DNA of 51,651 nucleotides from Basidiobolus ranarum (Eukaryota): NCBI GenBank assembly GCA_040143965.1, contig JASJQH010000015.1, positions 1 to 51,651 of the forward strand, read 5' to 3'. Shown piece by piece: positions 49,805 to 51,651 of this stretch (position 1 is its first letter; each line of letters starts with the position of its first letter). The notes under the pieces were generated by a model. It saw only the letters and a program-made list of their open reading frames with translations, ran no database searches and was not told where the DNA came from. The position numbers and the translations under genes were made by a program.

Positions 49805-50990
49805 TATCTGAGGATTTCTAGAACTTTTCCCTCTTCTGAAAAATTGGATGGAACCAATTATCATATTTGGAAAATTAAAATGGAAATGAAGCCTCCTATC
49901 ACTTCACAAATGAAAAACATTGGTTTGTGGATTATGAAGAAATTCCAATTAGAAATGTTTTCATAGGAGATGACCATACATTTGAAGCCATTGGAATGGG
50001 AACAGTTCAAGTCATTTTAACTGGTGCTTCTGAAGAGAAAGTGTATACTTTTAAGGATATACTACATGTTCCAAATATTGCAAGAATTTAGTATCTATAT
50101 GCAAGGCCACCTCAGAAGGGCTAATATTCAATTTTGATAAGTCAGTATACATCATCACTGATTCAAATGGGAATTATTTAGCTTTGGGAGAAAAGGATCA
50201 GAACTTATACAGACTTACATATGATCAAAGAGATTTATGTTTAAATATGAGTTATTCAAATCAAGAAACTATTCAATTATGGCATAAGAGATTTGGCCAT
50301 ATTGGATTTGATTATTTGAGCAAAATGATCAAAAATTGCCTAATTTCTGGAATTCAAATTAATCCTCTAACCAAAATGTAAATTTGTGAGGGTTGTGTAT
50401 ATGGAAAACAAGTCAGGCAACTGTTAAAGAGCTTTGGTTTGATCAAATCTGTCAATAAATTGGATCTAATTCATTCAGATCTATGTGAACCTATTCAAAA
50501 TTTATCTTTAGGCAAGAAAAGAAACTTAATCACTTTTATTGATAATTATACAAGATACATTTGGGTCTACTATGTGGAAAGAAAAGAAGAAGCTCTCTCC
50601 ATTGTTAGATATTTTAAAATATTTGTGGAGATTGAAGCTGGAACTAAAATCAAGAAAAACATACTGATAATGGTGGAGAATATACTTCAACACAATTTTA
50701 GCACTTTTGCAAAGTTCATGGAATTAAGCAAGAAGCTACTGTTCCCTATTCACCTCAATAAAATGGAGTTGCTGAAAGAGGTAGCAGGACTATAATAGAA
50801 GTGGCAAGATATATGATAAAAGCACAAAATTGATCTTAAAACTTTTGGGCAGAATATCTTGCTACAGCTATATATTTGAAGAATAGGAGCCTTGCTAGAA
50901 TTCTGTCTTACTCTACACCATATCAAGCTTGGTTTGGAGTTAAACCTGATGTAAAACATGTGAGGATCTTTGGATGTAATGCTTGTGTGA
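49805..50990 (+). mobile_element. Degenerate Ty1/Copia retrotransposon fragment (gag start, protease region, GAG-pre-integrase, integrase)
   Basis: EKLDGTNYHIWKIKMEM, AIGMGTV, LWHKRFGHIG, LDLIHSDLC, TDNGGEY, NGVAER, RIFGC; multiple stops, frameshifts and a large gag deletion. Confidence 0.9.
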
Positions 50991-51016
50991 AATTATTGTT
51001 AAAGTATTTGGGAGCC

Positions 51017-51338
51017 TGTTGGAAGTGGTTTGGTGAATTAGAGGAATTGGTGGTTTCACTTATTGATTTATTGATTAGAAAGTTGACATATATAGTTTTG
51101 TCAAGATGTAAGCAAACTAACATGTAGAATATGTTAAGGAAGGTCCCAGGAACATGTGTGCCAAGCTTGGGGCTACAAGTTTGAAAAAATCTATATATCT
51201 GAGAACTTCTAAGTTGGTAAAAATATACTAAGTAAGTTCCAATTGAGAATAATGCATAATATCTTAGTGAAATATAAGATAACTAAGTACTAAGCTATAT
51301 ATGTCTATATAGGTGCTTAGACAATGCTAATTTCAACA
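51017..51338 (-). repeat. Probable 3' LTR (about 322 bp) of the minus-strand Copia element
   Basis: On the minus strand it starts TGTTGAAA immediately after the polypurine tract GAGGGAGAG (51347-51339) and ends TTCCAACA at 51017; the distal end is less certain. Confidence 0.7.
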
Positions 51339-51651
51339 CTCTCCCTCAACTAAAGAGTCATATAAACTAATCCTAATAAAGGTCTAAATTTCTCAAATTT
51401 CTGTCTAGCTAATGGTTTGGTTAACATATCTGCCATCATGTCTTCTGTAGAACAATAAATTAAGTCAATATACTTATTCTCTTTGGTTGCTCTGATGAAG
51501 TGATGCTTAATATCTATATGTTTACTTCTATTATGAAACATGGGATTTTTAGCTAATTTGATACAACTTTGATTATCTTGAAATATTGTAGTTGGTGAAT
51601 TTTGAGAATAACCCAAATCTGTTAAGAGTTTTCTTAACCATATTGCTTCTT
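51339..51651 (-). mobile_element. 3' end of a Ty1/Copia pol (RNase H) plus polypurine tract; continues beyond the window
   Basis: IFQDNQSCIKLAKNPMFHNRSKHIDIKHHFIR...MMADMLTKPL, open frame to the stop at 51350. Confidence 0.95.

Noticed and set aside
1-51651. tRNA or rRNA genes
   Set aside because: No cloverleaf with A/B boxes or rRNA-like sequence recognised by eye; a tRNAscan-SE/Infernal run is needed to exclude them.

Overview
Gene-dense, intron-rich eukaryotic DNA (mostly 50-100 nt GT-AG introns with CTAAC-type branch sites) from a fungus, most likely an early-diverging, zygomycete-grade lineage. That placement is inferred from a DIS3L-type nuclease and a U12 intron. About 17 protein genes, left to right: 5' end of a secreted protein (cut by the window edge), Yip1-family, MRP10, ZZ/EF-hand protein, alpha-arrestin, VRG4-like transporter, beta-tubulin, Slh1/ASCC3, FrnE/DsbA oxidoreductase, Rom2-type RhoGEF, a small Ada-like zinc-domain protein, a polyproline/WH2-like protein, MSS116, ATM1, eIF2B-delta, TOP2, a GTPase-less Ski7/HBS1LV3-like gene and DIS3L. 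Two oppositely oriented Ty1/Copia remnants end the window. Best candidate new system: the stand-alone Ski7/HBS1LV3-like exosome adaptor and the DIS3L-type nuclease sit head-to-head with 306 bp between start codons, and DIS3L needs a minor-spliceosome AT-AC intron removed to be expressed. Also notable: a spliced gene with a prokaryote-like Ada metal-binding domain, and a beta-tubulin with Met198/Gln6 at benzimidazole-resistance sites. Gene models were built by hand; family calls come from recalled motifs, not database searches.
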